From an uncultured delta proteobacterium (GTDB taxonomy: Bacteria > Desulfobacterota > Binatia > UBA9968): 64,000 bases of DNA. The stretch lies in assembly GCA_963840855.1 (NCBI GenBank), contig CAWJBB010000081.1, forward strand, positions 1-64,000, given 5' to 3'. This document shows, in pieces, positions 9,963-19,618 of this stretch (the first letter of the stretch is position 1; every line of letters starts with the position of its first letter). The position numbers and the translations under genes are program-made. The notes under the pieces are model-generated. The model searched no databases and was not told where the DNA came from. It saw only the letters and a program-made list of their open reading frames with translations.

Positions 9963-10235
9963 TTAGCCCTTTTTGGCCTTGAACCAGTCGGCGTCGACCT
10001 GAATGAAATGTTTCCACTTGTCCGGCGCCGCCGCCTCTTCAAAAATCGCCTCCACAGGACAGACCGGCTCGCAGGCGCCGCAGTCGATGCACTCTTCGGG
10101 ATCTATATAGAGCTTTTTTTCCTTCTCAAACTCCTCGGTCTCGTTTTTCGTTGGATGAATGCAATCCACCGGGCATACATCAACACAGGCTGTATCTTTT
10201 ACATCTATGCATGGCTCGGCAATAATATAAGTCAT
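9963..10235 (-). CDS. Dicluster ferredoxin (FdxA-type)
   Basis: MTYIIAEPCIDVKDTACVDVCPVDCI...ECIDCGACEPVCP. Confidence 0.95.
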   Translation of the reverse strand: MTYIIAEPCIDVKDTACVDVCPVDCIHPTKNETEEFEKEKKLYIDPEECIDCGACEPVCPVEAIFEEAAAPDKWKHFIQVDADWFKAKKG

Positions 10236-10332
10236 CTCGCTCCTCCTCAAAATTGACTTTTAGTGTACTAGCAAATCGACTTTGGCAAGTCAATTAACCG
10301 AATGGGGCCTAAAAAGGCTTTTTCTTGACCGC

Positions 10333-10416
10333 TCAAACCAGGAGGTGTTTGACATGGCTATCCCACCGCAAAGGAGACCTGATCAAGGGGGGTAGCCGCA
10401 ACAGCCTTCCTTTTTT
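10333..10416 (+). other. Structured leader/sRNA candidate with a 13-codon ORF and terminator
   Basis: AGGAGG-ATG (10354) MAIPPQRRPDQGG-TAG inside a long imperfect hairpin GGAGGTGTT..GGCTATCCC / GGGGTAGCC..AACAGCCTTCC followed by T6. Confidence 0.45.
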
Positions 10417-10501
10417 ATTATCTCGGGAATTTGCACCAATTTACTGACGACTGCGGACCTCGGGTGTCGCAGGCGCCGCGCTGACAGGCTAGTATCTCCC
10501 A

Positions 10502-10945
10502 ATGCCCGTCGAATTAATCCGGCGCGGCGCCGGGCAAAACTATCCCGCGCGTGCCGTTAAAAACACCGCGCTTGAAGTTCTCCGCCTGCTCAACCATGAA
10601 CAGGCGGAGCTGAGTCTGGCGTTAGTCGGCAATAGCGAAATCCGGCAACTCAACGCCAAGTACCGCAAGAAAGATTACGCAACCGACGTGCTGTCATTTC
10701 CCGCGGCGGAAAATTTGCCGGGACCGATTGAGCTGCTGGGCGATGTCGTGATCTCGGTCGATAAGGCGCGCGCGCAGGCAAAGGAGCGCGGACGGACGCT
10801 AAAAGAGGAACTGGCCACATTGTTGATTCACGGTATCGTGCATCTCCTCGGCTACGATCATGAGCGTTCCGCCCGTGACGCGCGCGTTATGGGACGGTTG
10901 GAGAGAAAGATCTACCGTGCGCTTTGTGAGCGGGGCTTTTTGTAG
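10502..10945 (+). CDS. ybeY: rRNA maturation RNase YbeY
   Basis: ATDVLSF, LGDVVIS, HGIVHLLGYDH. Confidence 0.95.
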   Translation: MPVELIRRGAGQNYPARAVKNTALEVLRLLNHEQAELSLALVGNSEIRQLNAKYRKKDYATDVLSFPAAENLPGPIELLGDVVISVDKARAQAKERGRTLKEELATLLIHGIVHLLGYDHERSARDARVMGRLERKIYRALCERGFL

Positions 10946-11029
10946 GTATACTATAAACGGATCCGGGAGCCAGAATAAGTAGCCAGGAGACAGAAGTCAG
11001 AATTCATAAGCCGGCAGAAAGTAAAATCA

Positions 11030-12167
11030 ATGCTAGAAGAAACCCGCGAACAATTGACCCACCTTGAAGAGCGCGTAGAGCTTTTGCGGAGGCGGCTTTG
11101 ACGTCGCAGGCAAGCAGAAGCGCGTCGAAGAGCTGAACGCGATCACATCCAAGCCGGATTTCTGGAACGACAGCGAAAAAGCCCAGGGCATTTTCAAAGA
11201 ACAATCCGCCGTCAAAGCTGTCATCGACGCTTGGGAGAAGCAACGCGCGGGCCTCGAAGAAGCGCGCTTTTTTCTCGATGTCGCCCAGGATGAAAAGAGC
11301 GAAGATGCGTTGAACGAAGCGGTGGCTAAGGTTGCCCAGGTGTCCCGCGAGATGGCGCAGACAGAGTTAACACTGCTCCTGGGTGATCCCGACGACCGGC
11401 GCAACGCCATTGTCATCCTTCATCCTGGTGCCGGCGGCACGGAGGCGCAGGATTGGGCGGAAATTCTTTTGCGCATGTATCTGCGTTGGTGCGACCGGCG
11501 CGGCTATCGGAAAGAGATTCTCGAATACCAACCGGGCGAAGAAGCGGGCGTGAAGAGCGTGACCTTCCTAGTGGAAGGCGACTACGCTTACGGCTATCTG
11601 AAAGCCGAAGCGGGCATTCACCGGCTCGTGCGCATCTCGCCCTTCGACGCCAACTCGCGGCGCCACACTTCATTCGCATCCGTCTTCGTCTATCCGGAAG
11701 TGGACGACGATATCAAAATTGAGATCGATGACGCCGATCTGCGCGTCGACACCTATCGTTCCAGCGGCGCGGGCGGCCAGCATGTCAACAAAACCGATTC
11801 CGCCGTGCGCTTGACGCATTTTCCCTCCGGCATCGTCGTGGCCTGCCAAAACGAACGCTCACAGCATAAAAATCGCGCCATGGCGATGAAGATTTTGAAA
11901 TCGCGTCTTTACGAGCTCGAGATCGAAAAGCAAAAAGAGAAAATGGAGAGCTATCACAAGACCAAAAAGGACATCGCCTGGGGCAGCCAGATCCGCTCCT
12001 ACGTGCTCCATCCCTACCGCATGGTCAAAGACCACCGGACGAATATCGAGATCGGCAACGCGGACGGCGTGCTCGACGGCGATATCGACGAATTCATCCA
12101 GGGATACTTGTTGCAGTCCAATGATGTCCGTTATACCAAGGCCGTCCGACTCCGAATAATCGACTAA
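11030..12167 (+). CDS. prfB: Peptide chain release factor 2 with programmed +1 frameshift
   Basis: ATG 11030, 23 codons to GGAGG-CGG-CTT-TGA-C (CTT 11096-11098); the +1 frame has SPF and GGQ motifs. Confidence 0.97.
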
Positions 12168-12276
12168 GAGTGTGTCAAAAATACGTTCATGCTTCAGCAC
12201 GAACGGAACATCGTCGGAACTTTTCCGCGACTTCCACCGTTTTAAATGCATCTTGGTCAAAGGTATGGCCGATTTT

Positions 12277-12399
12277 GGTAGTGGTTCAGTTTTGCAAACA
12301 TTTGTAGGGGCGACCCCCTGTGGTCGCCCGTCCCAGAGGGCAGACACACGGGTCTGCCCCTACATTGACGATTCGTTGAAATCAAATTGAACCACTATC
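12277..12399. mobile_element. MITE with IS1-like ends, 8-bp target duplication and an internal GTAG REP pair
   Basis: GGTAGTGGTTCA...TGAACCACTATC flanked by CCGATTTT (12269-12276 and 12400-12407); internal GTAGGGGCGACC..GGTCGCCC / GGGCAGAC..GTCTGCCCCTAC. Confidence 0.75.
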
Positions 12400-12469
12400 C
12401 CGATTTTGGCTTGCGTGAAATTTGCGAAGATGGTTTCCTGGGATAAGGAACGTTCGCCAGGGAGGGTCT

Positions 12470-13679
12470 ATGGGGGGTCAATCGCCGACTGGTGTCAACG
12501 ACGCCGCGGGAAGCGACGGAAACAAAATCAGCCTTGAGCAGGCGGTTCTCGATCGCTACGGCAACGCAGCCCAGGAAGTTGAAGCTTCCTTATGCTCGCC
12601 GGTGAGCTACGACAACGCTCTGCTGAAAGTCATCCCCGATGAAATCATCCAGAAAGATTACGGCTGCGGTGATCCGTCGCGCCATATCCGTGAAGGCGAG
12701 ACCGTTCTCGACTTGGGTTCGGGCAGCGGCAAAGCCTGTTACATCATTTCCCAGATCGTTGGCGCCAAAGGCAAGGTTATCGGCGTTGACTTTAATCCGC
12801 CGATGCTGGAGCTTGCGCGCAAATACCAATCGTCCATCGGCGGCAAGCTCGGCTATCACAACGTCGAGTTTCGCCGCGGCAAAATTCAGGATCTGAAAAC
12901 CAATCTTGAACTTGTAGACTATCATCTGCGGGAAAATCCCGTGCGCTCGCTGGCGGATCTTTCGCGATTGGAGGAATTCGAGAATAGAATCCGGCACGAC
13001 CGGCCGCTGGTGGCCGACGAAACCATCGACGTGATAGTTTCCAACTGCGTGCTAAATCTCGTCCGTCCCGAAGACAAAAAGGCGCTGTTCGCCGAGATGT
13101 ACCGCGTGCTCAAACGGGGTGGGCGCGTGGCGATCTCCGATATCGTCAGTGACGAGCCGGTGCCGAAACAGCTGGCAGAAGACCCCGATCTTTGGAGCGC
13201 CTGTGTGTCCGGCGCTTTTCAAGAAGAGGAGTTGCTGCGCGCTTTTGAAGAAGCGAAGTTTCATGGAATGCAGATTGAAGAGTTTCGCAGCGAAGCGTAT
13301 CAAACCGTCGAGGGCATCGAATTTCGCGCCATTACGGTGACGGCTTACAAGGGCAAAGAAGGCCCCTGCATAGAGCGCAACCAGGCGGTGATTTACCGCG
13401 GGCCGTGGAAACAAGTCGTCGATGACGATGGCCATACCCTGGCGCGCGGCGCGCGTACGGCCGTGTGCGACAAAACGTTCAAGCTTTATTCGCAAGCACC
13501 CTACGCCGGGCAATTCATTCTCGTTCCGCCGCGGGACGAAGTCGTCATGGAAAACGCCGGCGTGTTCGACTGCTCGCGTGACCACAAGCGCCATCCGCGC
13601 GAGACCAAAGGGTATGGATTATAAAGTTACAAAGATTTCCGCCGGTGTGTGCGGTCCGGACTCCAATTGCTGTCCGTAA
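12470..13679 (+). CDS. Arsenite methyltransferase (ArsM)-like SAM methyltransferase; frameshift near 13612 splits off the Cys-rich tail
   Basis: LCSPVSY, DYGCGDP, VLDLGSGSG, VIVSNCVLNL, WSACVSGA; alternate-frame tail MDYKVTKISAGVCGPDSNCCP. Confidence 0.8.
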
Positions 13680-13788
13680 GAACAGAGATGGCGAAGGGGA
13701 GACAGGGGACAGGGAGGTGTTACGAGCATGATAAATATTATGCTGCCAGTCCCTTGACGGGAGAGGATCGAGGTGAGGGTGATCTTCC

Positions 13789-14754
13789 ATGCAACCTTTT
13801 GCACAGAGACTTCATTAAAGGTGACGGCACTAAAACGCCGCGCCGTTGATGTACTGCAGGTAAATCTTGGGGCGGTATTGCAATTTGGCCTGTATTCACT
13901 GCCATGTCGAAGCCGGGCCGACGCGCAATGAGATGATGAGCCGGTAGAACGTCGACGCGGTGCTGCGCTTTCTGGCGAGCACGGAGATTCCAACTCTCGA
14001 TATCACCGGCGGGGCGCCGGAGTTGCACCCTGACTTCGATTACCTGGTCGAGTCAGCGCGCAAACTGGGCCGCCATGTGATGGACCGCTGCAATCTGACG
14101 GTGATCTTTGAGCCGGGAAAGGATTATCTGCCCGAATTTTTTAAGCGCCAAAATGTGGAACTGGTGTGTTCGTTGCCCTGTTATTCGGAAGAAAACGTCG
14201 ATAAACAACGCGGCAAAGGAACCTTTGATTTGAGCATTCGAGCATTGCAGATTTTCAATCAAATCGGCTACGGGCAGCCGGACTCGGATTTGGTTTTAAA
14301 TCTAGTTTACAACCCCGTCGAGCCGCATCTCCCGCCAGCCCAAGACAAGCTCGAACGGGACTACAAACGAATTCTCAACGACCAATTCGGCATCGTCTTC
14401 AATCATCTCTATTGTCTCAGCAACATGCCGATCACGCGCTATGAGACGCACCTCAGGTTGCGCGGTGAATTTGATCGGTACATGAAACTACTGGCCGACA
14501 ACTTTAATGCCGCCACTTTAGATCAAGTAATGTGCCGGTATCTGATCAGCGTTGGCTGGGACGGTGCGATTTACGACTGCGACTTCAATCAAATGCTCGG
14601 TCTTTCCCTCCGGGACGCCCGCGGCGAAGCGCTTAACATCGGATCGCTGACGTCATTGGATCAAGTTCTAGAAAGGTCCATTACCATCGGCAATCACTGC
14701 TACGCCTGCACGGCCGGTTCTGGCAGCAGTTGCGGCGGCGCGCTACTGTCCTGA
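13789..14754 (+). CDS. arsS: Arsenosugar biosynthesis radical SAM protein ArsS-like; two compensating indels and an in-frame TAG in the 5' part
   Basis: Reconstructed LQVNLG-RYCNLACIHCHVEAGP (CxxxCxxC), DITGGAPELHP, YDCDFNQML, HCYACTAGSGSSCGGA. Confidence 0.85.
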
Positions 14755-14924
14755 CCCAGAAGTTCGCAAAAGAAGTCGGTGGCCTTCGCACCGTCATACC
14801 CGCGAAAGCGGTAGCTTGTAGGGGCGGGTTTCAAACCCGCCCTTACCCTGGATTCCGGGTCGCGCTAGCTATCGTCAGCTTGCCCGGAATGACGAATTGT
14901 GTGACGAACTTCCGGGTCAGGACA
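14747..14924. mobile_element. MITE with TGTCCTGACC ends enclosing nested REP-like hairpins; supplies the arsS stop codon
   Basis: TGTCCTGACCCAGAAGTTCG vs CGAACTTCCGGGTCAGGACA; internal GTAGGGGCGGGTTTCAAACCCGCCCTTAC and a 47-nt unit matching 1421-1467. Confidence 0.7.
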
Positions 14925-14953
14925 TTGGATCTCACTTGCCTTGAGTCATAGGT

Positions 14954-17206
14954 ATGAAGGCGAGCAAGCCTATTCTGATCGTCCTGCTGCTGAGCGCGCT
15001 CGTGGCGGCAGTTCTATTGCTGCCGATTCGCGAATGGTTCATGCATTTTGAGAGCTACGTGCGCTCGCTCGGAACCATCGGCCCAGTCGTCGTGGTTCTG
15101 GTCTATATTATCTGCACCGTGCTGTTTATTCCCGGCAGCGCGATTACAATCGGGTCGGGCACCCTATTTGGATTGACGACCGGCTTTATTGTCGTAGTGC
15201 TGGGCGCCAACCTCGGCGCGCTCTGCGCTTTTTTTCTCGCGCGCAGCTTTCTCCGTGAAAAGGTCGCGACTTGGGCGGCGGCGAATCCGAAGTTCCACTC
15301 CCTCGACCAGGCGATCGGCCGTCAAGGCTTCAAGATGGTTCTATTGATGCGATTGAGCCCGGTGTTTCCCTTCGTGTTGCTGAATTATTTATTGGGTCTC
15401 ACCGCAGTGCGCCCGGCAGCCTACGCGCTCGCCAACTTGCTTGGCATGCTGCCGGCGACATTTCTATTCGTCTACATCGGCGCGGCGGCGCGCGATGCGA
15501 TTGCCGGCCAAATGGACGTCTCGGCGGGGTTGTACCAACAAATCTTGAAATACGTCGGGCTTGCGGCGACGCTCGCGGTGGTTTTGGTCGTGACGCGTAT
15601 CGCGCGCAAAGCTTTGCGCGCGGCGGAGCAACAGCAGGAAGGCAGCGTGGCAGCGGGCACGGTGCGGCGTGGATTCGATCACCAGCCGACGACGTTCGAT
15701 AAGATGATGCTGGTCGACGATCCCCATGACCGGATGTTGATCGAAAACTGCCATCCGCCGCGCTGGGTCAATCCGACACCCAATGGCAAATACAATCTCG
15801 TCGTTATCGGCGCGGGTACAGCCGGATTGGTTAGTGCCGCTGGCGCCGCTGGGCTGGGCGCCAAAGTCGCGCTGATCGAACGCAATCTGCTGGGCGGCGA
15901 CTGTTTGAATGTCGGTTGCGTACCGTCTAAAGGCGTCATCCGCGCGGCGCGCGCAGCGTTCGATTCTCGCAACGCTACGGAGTTCGGCATCCACTCCGAT
16001 ACGCAATCCAAAGCGGACTTCGCTGCGGCGATGGCGCGCATGCGGCGGCTGCGCGCAGGCATCAGCCAACATGACTCGGCGGAACGGTTTCGAAAACTCG
16101 GCGTGGATGTCTATATCGGTCATGGGCAATTTGCCGGGCCGTCCACGGTTGAGATCGAGGGCAAGCGCCTGGAATTCCACCGCGCGGTTATCGCTACCGG
16201 TGCGCGCGCCGCTGAGCCGCCCATACCTGGCCTCAAAGAAGCTGGCTGCTACACCAACGAAACGATCTTCACGCTTACCGAATTGCCGCGCCGGTTGGTT
16301 GTCATTGGCACAGGACCCATTGGCTGCGAGCTGGCCCAGTCTTTTCGCCGCTTCGGTAGCGAAGTGACTGCCATCACGGACGGAATGGAGATTCTACCGA
16401 AAGAAGACTGTGACGCCGCCGCCATCGTGCGGATGCAAATGGACCGCGAAGGCGTCCGGGTCGTTACGCGCGGCATGATTAAGCGGGTGAGTGGCAATGG
16501 CGCGGCTAAGCGCGTGTCGGTGGCAGTGGAAGGCAATGTCGAAGAAATCGACTGCGACGCGATCCTCGTTTGCGTTGGCAGGCAGCCGAATCTGGAAGGG
16601 TTGGGTTTGGATGCCGCAAACGTGAAATATGCGCGCGGCGGCGTGCTGGTGGACGAGCGGATGCGCACGACGAATCCGCGCGTGTTCGCCGCCGGCGATA
16701 TCTGCTCGCGCTATAAATTCACCCACGCTGCCGATGCCATGGCGCGTATCGTCATTGCGAACGCGCTTTTTATGGCGCGGCGCAAGGTAACCGATCTCGT
16801 AATTCCATGGTGCACGTATACCGATCCGGAAGTCGCCCATGTGGGCTATTATGAAAAAGACGCCAAAGCCGCCGGCTTCGATGTCGCAACGATCACCGAG
16901 CATCTGAATCACGTTGACCGCGCGATCCTCGACGGAGAAGACGACGGTTTCGCGCGGGTTCACTACGACAAGAAAACTGGTAAGATTCTCGGTGGAACCA
17001 TCGTGGCGCGCCACGCCGGTGAGATGCTAGGTGAATTGACCTTGGCGATGGTAGCGAAACAGAACGTCGGTGTTTTGTCGTCGACCATACACTCTTATCC
17101 CACTCAGGCGGAGGTGTTGCGCAAAATCGGCGACGCCTACATGCGCGCCAAGCTAACGCCGACGGTGAAAAAAGTATTTGCGAAGTGGCTGGCGTGGCGG
17201 CGTTGA
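14954..17206 (+). CDS. TVP38/VTT membrane domain fused to a mercuric-reductase-like FAD-dependent disulfide oxidoreductase
   Basis: N-terminal LFIPGS..., RLSPVFPF; C-terminal IGAGTAG, GGDCLNVGCVPSK, YTDPEVAHVG, IHSYPT. Confidence 0.9.
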   Translation: MKASKPILIVLLLSALVAAVLLLPIREWFMHFESYVRSLGTIGPVVVVLVYIICTVLFIPGSAITIGSGTLFGLTTGFIVVVLGANLGALCAFFLARSFLREKVATWAAANPKFHSLDQAIGRQGFKMVLLMRLSPVFPFVLLNYLLGLTAVRPAAYALANLLGMLPATFLFVYIGAAARDAIAGQMDVSAGLYQQILKYVGLAATLAVVLVVTRIARKALRAAEQQQEGSVAAGTVRRGFDHQPTTFDKMMLVDDPHDRMLIENCHPPRWVNPTPNGKYNLVVIGAGTAGLVSAAGAAGLGAKVALIERNLLGGDCLNVGCVPSKGVIRAARAAFDSRNATEFGIHSDTQSKADFAAAMARMRRLRAGISQHDSAERFRKLGVDVYIGHGQFAGPSTVEIEGKRLEFHRAVIATGARAAEPPIPGLKEAGCYTNETIFTLTELPRRLVVIGTGPIGCELAQSFRRFGSEVTAITDGMEILPKEDCDAAAIVRMQMDREGVRVVTRGMIKRVSGNGAAKRVSVAVEGNVEEIDCDAILVCVGRQPNLEGLGLDAANVKYARGGVLVDERMRTTNPRVFAAGDICSRYKFTHAADAMARIVIANALFMARRKVTDLVIPWCTYTDPEVAHVGYYEKDAKAAGFDVATITEHLNHVDRAILDGEDDGFARVHYDKKTGKILGGTIVARHAGEMLGELTLAMVAKQNVGVLSSTIHSYPTQAEVLRKIGDAYMRAKLTPTVKKVFAKWLAWRR

Positions 17207-17254
17207 GCGACTTTAGTTAGGGTGAAAGGTCAGGAGTATCGGGCCTCAATACCA

Positions 17255-18085
17255 ATGAAGTCGATTCACGCTATCTTGGGTCTTGTTATTGTATTTGGAC
17301 CGGCTCTGCTGGAGGCGGCGCCTAAGGCGGAGCTTTGGCCGCGCTGGCGGAAGCATGATGCAGCGAGTAAACAGAAAATCGATCACGGCGCGTGGGAGTC
17401 GTTCCTCAAGAAGTATATTGTCGCGCCCCATCCCTCGGGCATCAATCTTGTTCGTTACGCGGCGATCAGTCCGCAAGAGCGCGCTCAGTTGAAAACCTAT
17501 CTCGACGCGCTGCAGGCGGCGCCGATTTCCACCTACAACCGGGCTGAGCAGAGGGCATATTGGATCAATCTTTACAATGCGCTCACGGTGGAGGTTATTC
17601 TTTCGCGCTTTCCGGTGGAGTCGATTCGCGATATCAATATTTCACCCGGTTTTTTCACACGCGGGCCCTGGGGCGCGAAGCTATTGACCATCGAAGGCGA
17701 AAAACTTTCGCTGGACGATATTGAGCACCGCATTCTGCGCCCGATCTGGAAGGACAACCGAGTGCACTACGCCGTCAACTGCGCCAGCCTCGGTTGTCCG
17801 AACCTGCAGCCGGTTGCCTATACCGGTGAAAACACCGAGGCGCTGCTCGAAAAAGGCGCGCGGGAGTTCATCAACCATCCCCGCGGCGTCGCCATTATGA
17901 ATGGCAAGCTCAAGGTGTCGAGCATTTATGTTTGGTTCCAAGAAGATTTCGGTGGCAGCACCGAGGGGCTGATCGAACATTGGAACAAGTACGCGACTGG
18001 ATCTCTTGTGGAAAAGTTGAAGAACTACCGGGGCGGTCTCGACCATGATTATGACTGGCGGCTGAACGGCGCGGAGCCAAAATAA
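17255..18085 (+). CDS. DUF547 domain-containing exported protein
   Basis: AYWINLYNALT, LSLDDIEHRILR, HYAVNCASLGCP, YDWRLN; signal peptide. Confidence 0.9.
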   Translation: MKSIHAILGLVIVFGPALLEAAPKAELWPRWRKHDAASKQKIDHGAWESFLKKYIVAPHPSGINLVRYAAISPQERAQLKTYLDALQAAPISTYNRAEQRAYWINLYNALTVEVILSRFPVESIRDINISPGFFTRGPWGAKLLTIEGEKLSLDDIEHRILRPIWKDNRVHYAVNCASLGCPNLQPVAYTGENTEALLEKGAREFINHPRGVAIMNGKLKVSSIYVWFQEDFGGSTEGLIEHWNKYATGSLVEKLKNYRGGLDHDYDWRLNGAEPK

Positions 18086-18094
18086 GGATCGCCC

Positions 18095-18772
18095 ATGGGC
18101 ATCTCGGTTGTTGTTCCCATCCTTAACGAAGAAAGAACCATCGCGGCGCTGCTGCGGGCGCTCATGCAACTCAAGCCCGACGAGTTGATACTTGTCGATG
18201 GTGGCAGCAGCGACGGCACGCAGGCGATCTGCCGGCAATTCGGTGTCGAAGTATTAACGTCGCCGCGCGGGCGGGCGGCGCAGATGAATTACGGCGCGCG
18301 GCGGGCAACCGGCGATGTGTTACTGTTTTTGCACGCCGACACGCGGCTGCCACCGACCGCTTTTAGCGACATAAGAGACGCGCTTGGCGATCCGCGCTTC
18401 GTGGGCGGACGCTTCGATATTCAACTGGACGGCGATCATTGGATGCTGCGAGTGATCGGTGCGATGATCAGCCTGCGCTCGCGGTTGAGCAAGGTCGGCA
18501 CCGGTGATCAGGGGATTTTCGTCCGGCGCGAAGTGTTCCAAAGGATGGGCGGCTTCCCGGAGATTCCGCTCATGGAAGACATCGCCTTCTGCCGCGCGCT
18601 CAAGCGCCTCGGCGAGGTGGCCTGTTTGAGAAGCAAAGTTATTACCTCCGCGCGGCGCTGGGAATCGGGTGGTGTCTGGCGCACGATCTTTAGAATGTGG
18701 ATGCTCAAGTCGCTCTATCTGATGGGCGTCTCGCCGCAACGGCTGAAACGTTACTATAGCGACGGCCGGTAA
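18095..18772 (+). CDS. Family 2 glycosyltransferase (TIGR04283 type, rSAM/arsenosugar-associated)
   Basis: VDGGSSDGT, GRAAQMN, FLHADT, TGDQGIF, PLMED, TSARRW. Confidence 0.9.
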   Translation: MGISVVVPILNEERTIAALLRALMQLKPDELILVDGGSSDGTQAICRQFGVEVLTSPRGRAAQMNYGARRATGDVLLFLHADTRLPPTAFSDIRDALGDPRFVGGRFDIQLDGDHWMLRVIGAMISLRSRLSKVGTGDQGIFVRREVFQRMGGFPEIPLMEDIAFCRALKRLGEVACLRSKVITSARRWESGGVWRTIFRMWMLKSLYLMGVSPQRLKRYYSDGR

Positions 18773-18835
18773 CGCGGACATCGATGCTCACGCCTTGGAA
18801 TTTACTACGTAACATTTTTTTCCCATCCGTGAATA

Positions 18836-19516
18836 ATGCAGAAGAACGCACTGATCATAATGACGAAGGCTCCCGAGCCGGGCGAGGTGAAAACCAGGCT
18901 GGTCCCGCCCTTGACGTTTTTAGAAGCGGCTGATCTGGCGCGGGCGTTGTTAGCGGATCAGCTGAAGAGCGTCGCGCAATTTGGCAGAGCGGAATTGTTT
19001 ATTGCGTTTACGCCGGATGAAGCGCGGGGCTACTTTGAAAACTTCGCCACGCTGGGGTTTTCCTGTTTCGCTCAGAAGGGCGGTGATCTTGGCGCGCGAA
19101 TGAGCAACGCGTTTAAGCAGGTCTTCGAATTTGGATTCGGTAATGTCGTATTGATCGGAAGCGATCTGCCGGCGCTCCCATTGACTACGTTTGAGCGGGC
19201 TTATGCTTCTTTGCAGAAATCCGACTGCGATCTTGTCTTTGGGCCGAGCGAGGATGGGGGTTATTATCTCGTGGGCATGGGCCGACCGATTTTTGACATT
19301 TTCCAAGACATCGTCTGGAGCCGCAACGATGTGCTGGCGCGCAGCGTCGAAAAGTTGGCCGAGCTGGGCGTTAATTACGAGCTTCTGAATTATAGTTATG
19401 ATATTGATACGTTAGACGATTTAAAACGCCTACTATCAGACTGTGAACACCATCATCTTGGGATGCATAGTACCTTGACTCTTTTGCGTCAGCTGAAGCA
19501 GAGAGGCATAGTATAA
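18836..19516 (+). CDS. Glycosyltransferase (TIGR04282 / DUF2064 type)
   Basis: KAPEPGEVKTRL, QKGGDLGARM, IGSDLP, GPSEDGGYYLVG, DIDTLDDL. Confidence 0.9.
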   Translation: MQKNALIIMTKAPEPGEVKTRLVPPLTFLEAADLARALLADQLKSVAQFGRAELFIAFTPDEARGYFENFATLGFSCFAQKGGDLGARMSNAFKQVFEFGFGNVVLIGSDLPALPLTTFERAYASLQKSDCDLVFGPSEDGGYYLVGMGRPIFDIFQDIVWSRNDVLARSVEKLAELGVNYELLNYSYDIDTLDDLKRLLSDCEHHHLGMHSTLTLLRQLKQRGIV

Positions 19517-19618
19517 GCTAGGGTCCAATGCTTGCTCAATCGAATAAAAATCTAACTGCGAAATTTCTGTCAGATGGTACAGCCATTGCGCATTGGAACG
19601 GGTGGGAGACGTTTACTT

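Noticed and set aside
13945-13947. In-frame TAG in arsS as pyrrolysine or readthrough
   Set aside because: Non-catalytic position, one base from GAG, adjacent to other lesions, and no pyl genes in the window.
14720-14745. Selenocysteine in the ArsS C-terminal GSS(C/U)GG motif
   Set aside because: The codon is TGC (Cys).
14954-17206. True mercuric reductase (merA)
   Set aside because: No C-terminal Cys-Cys, no NmerA domain and no mer operon context.
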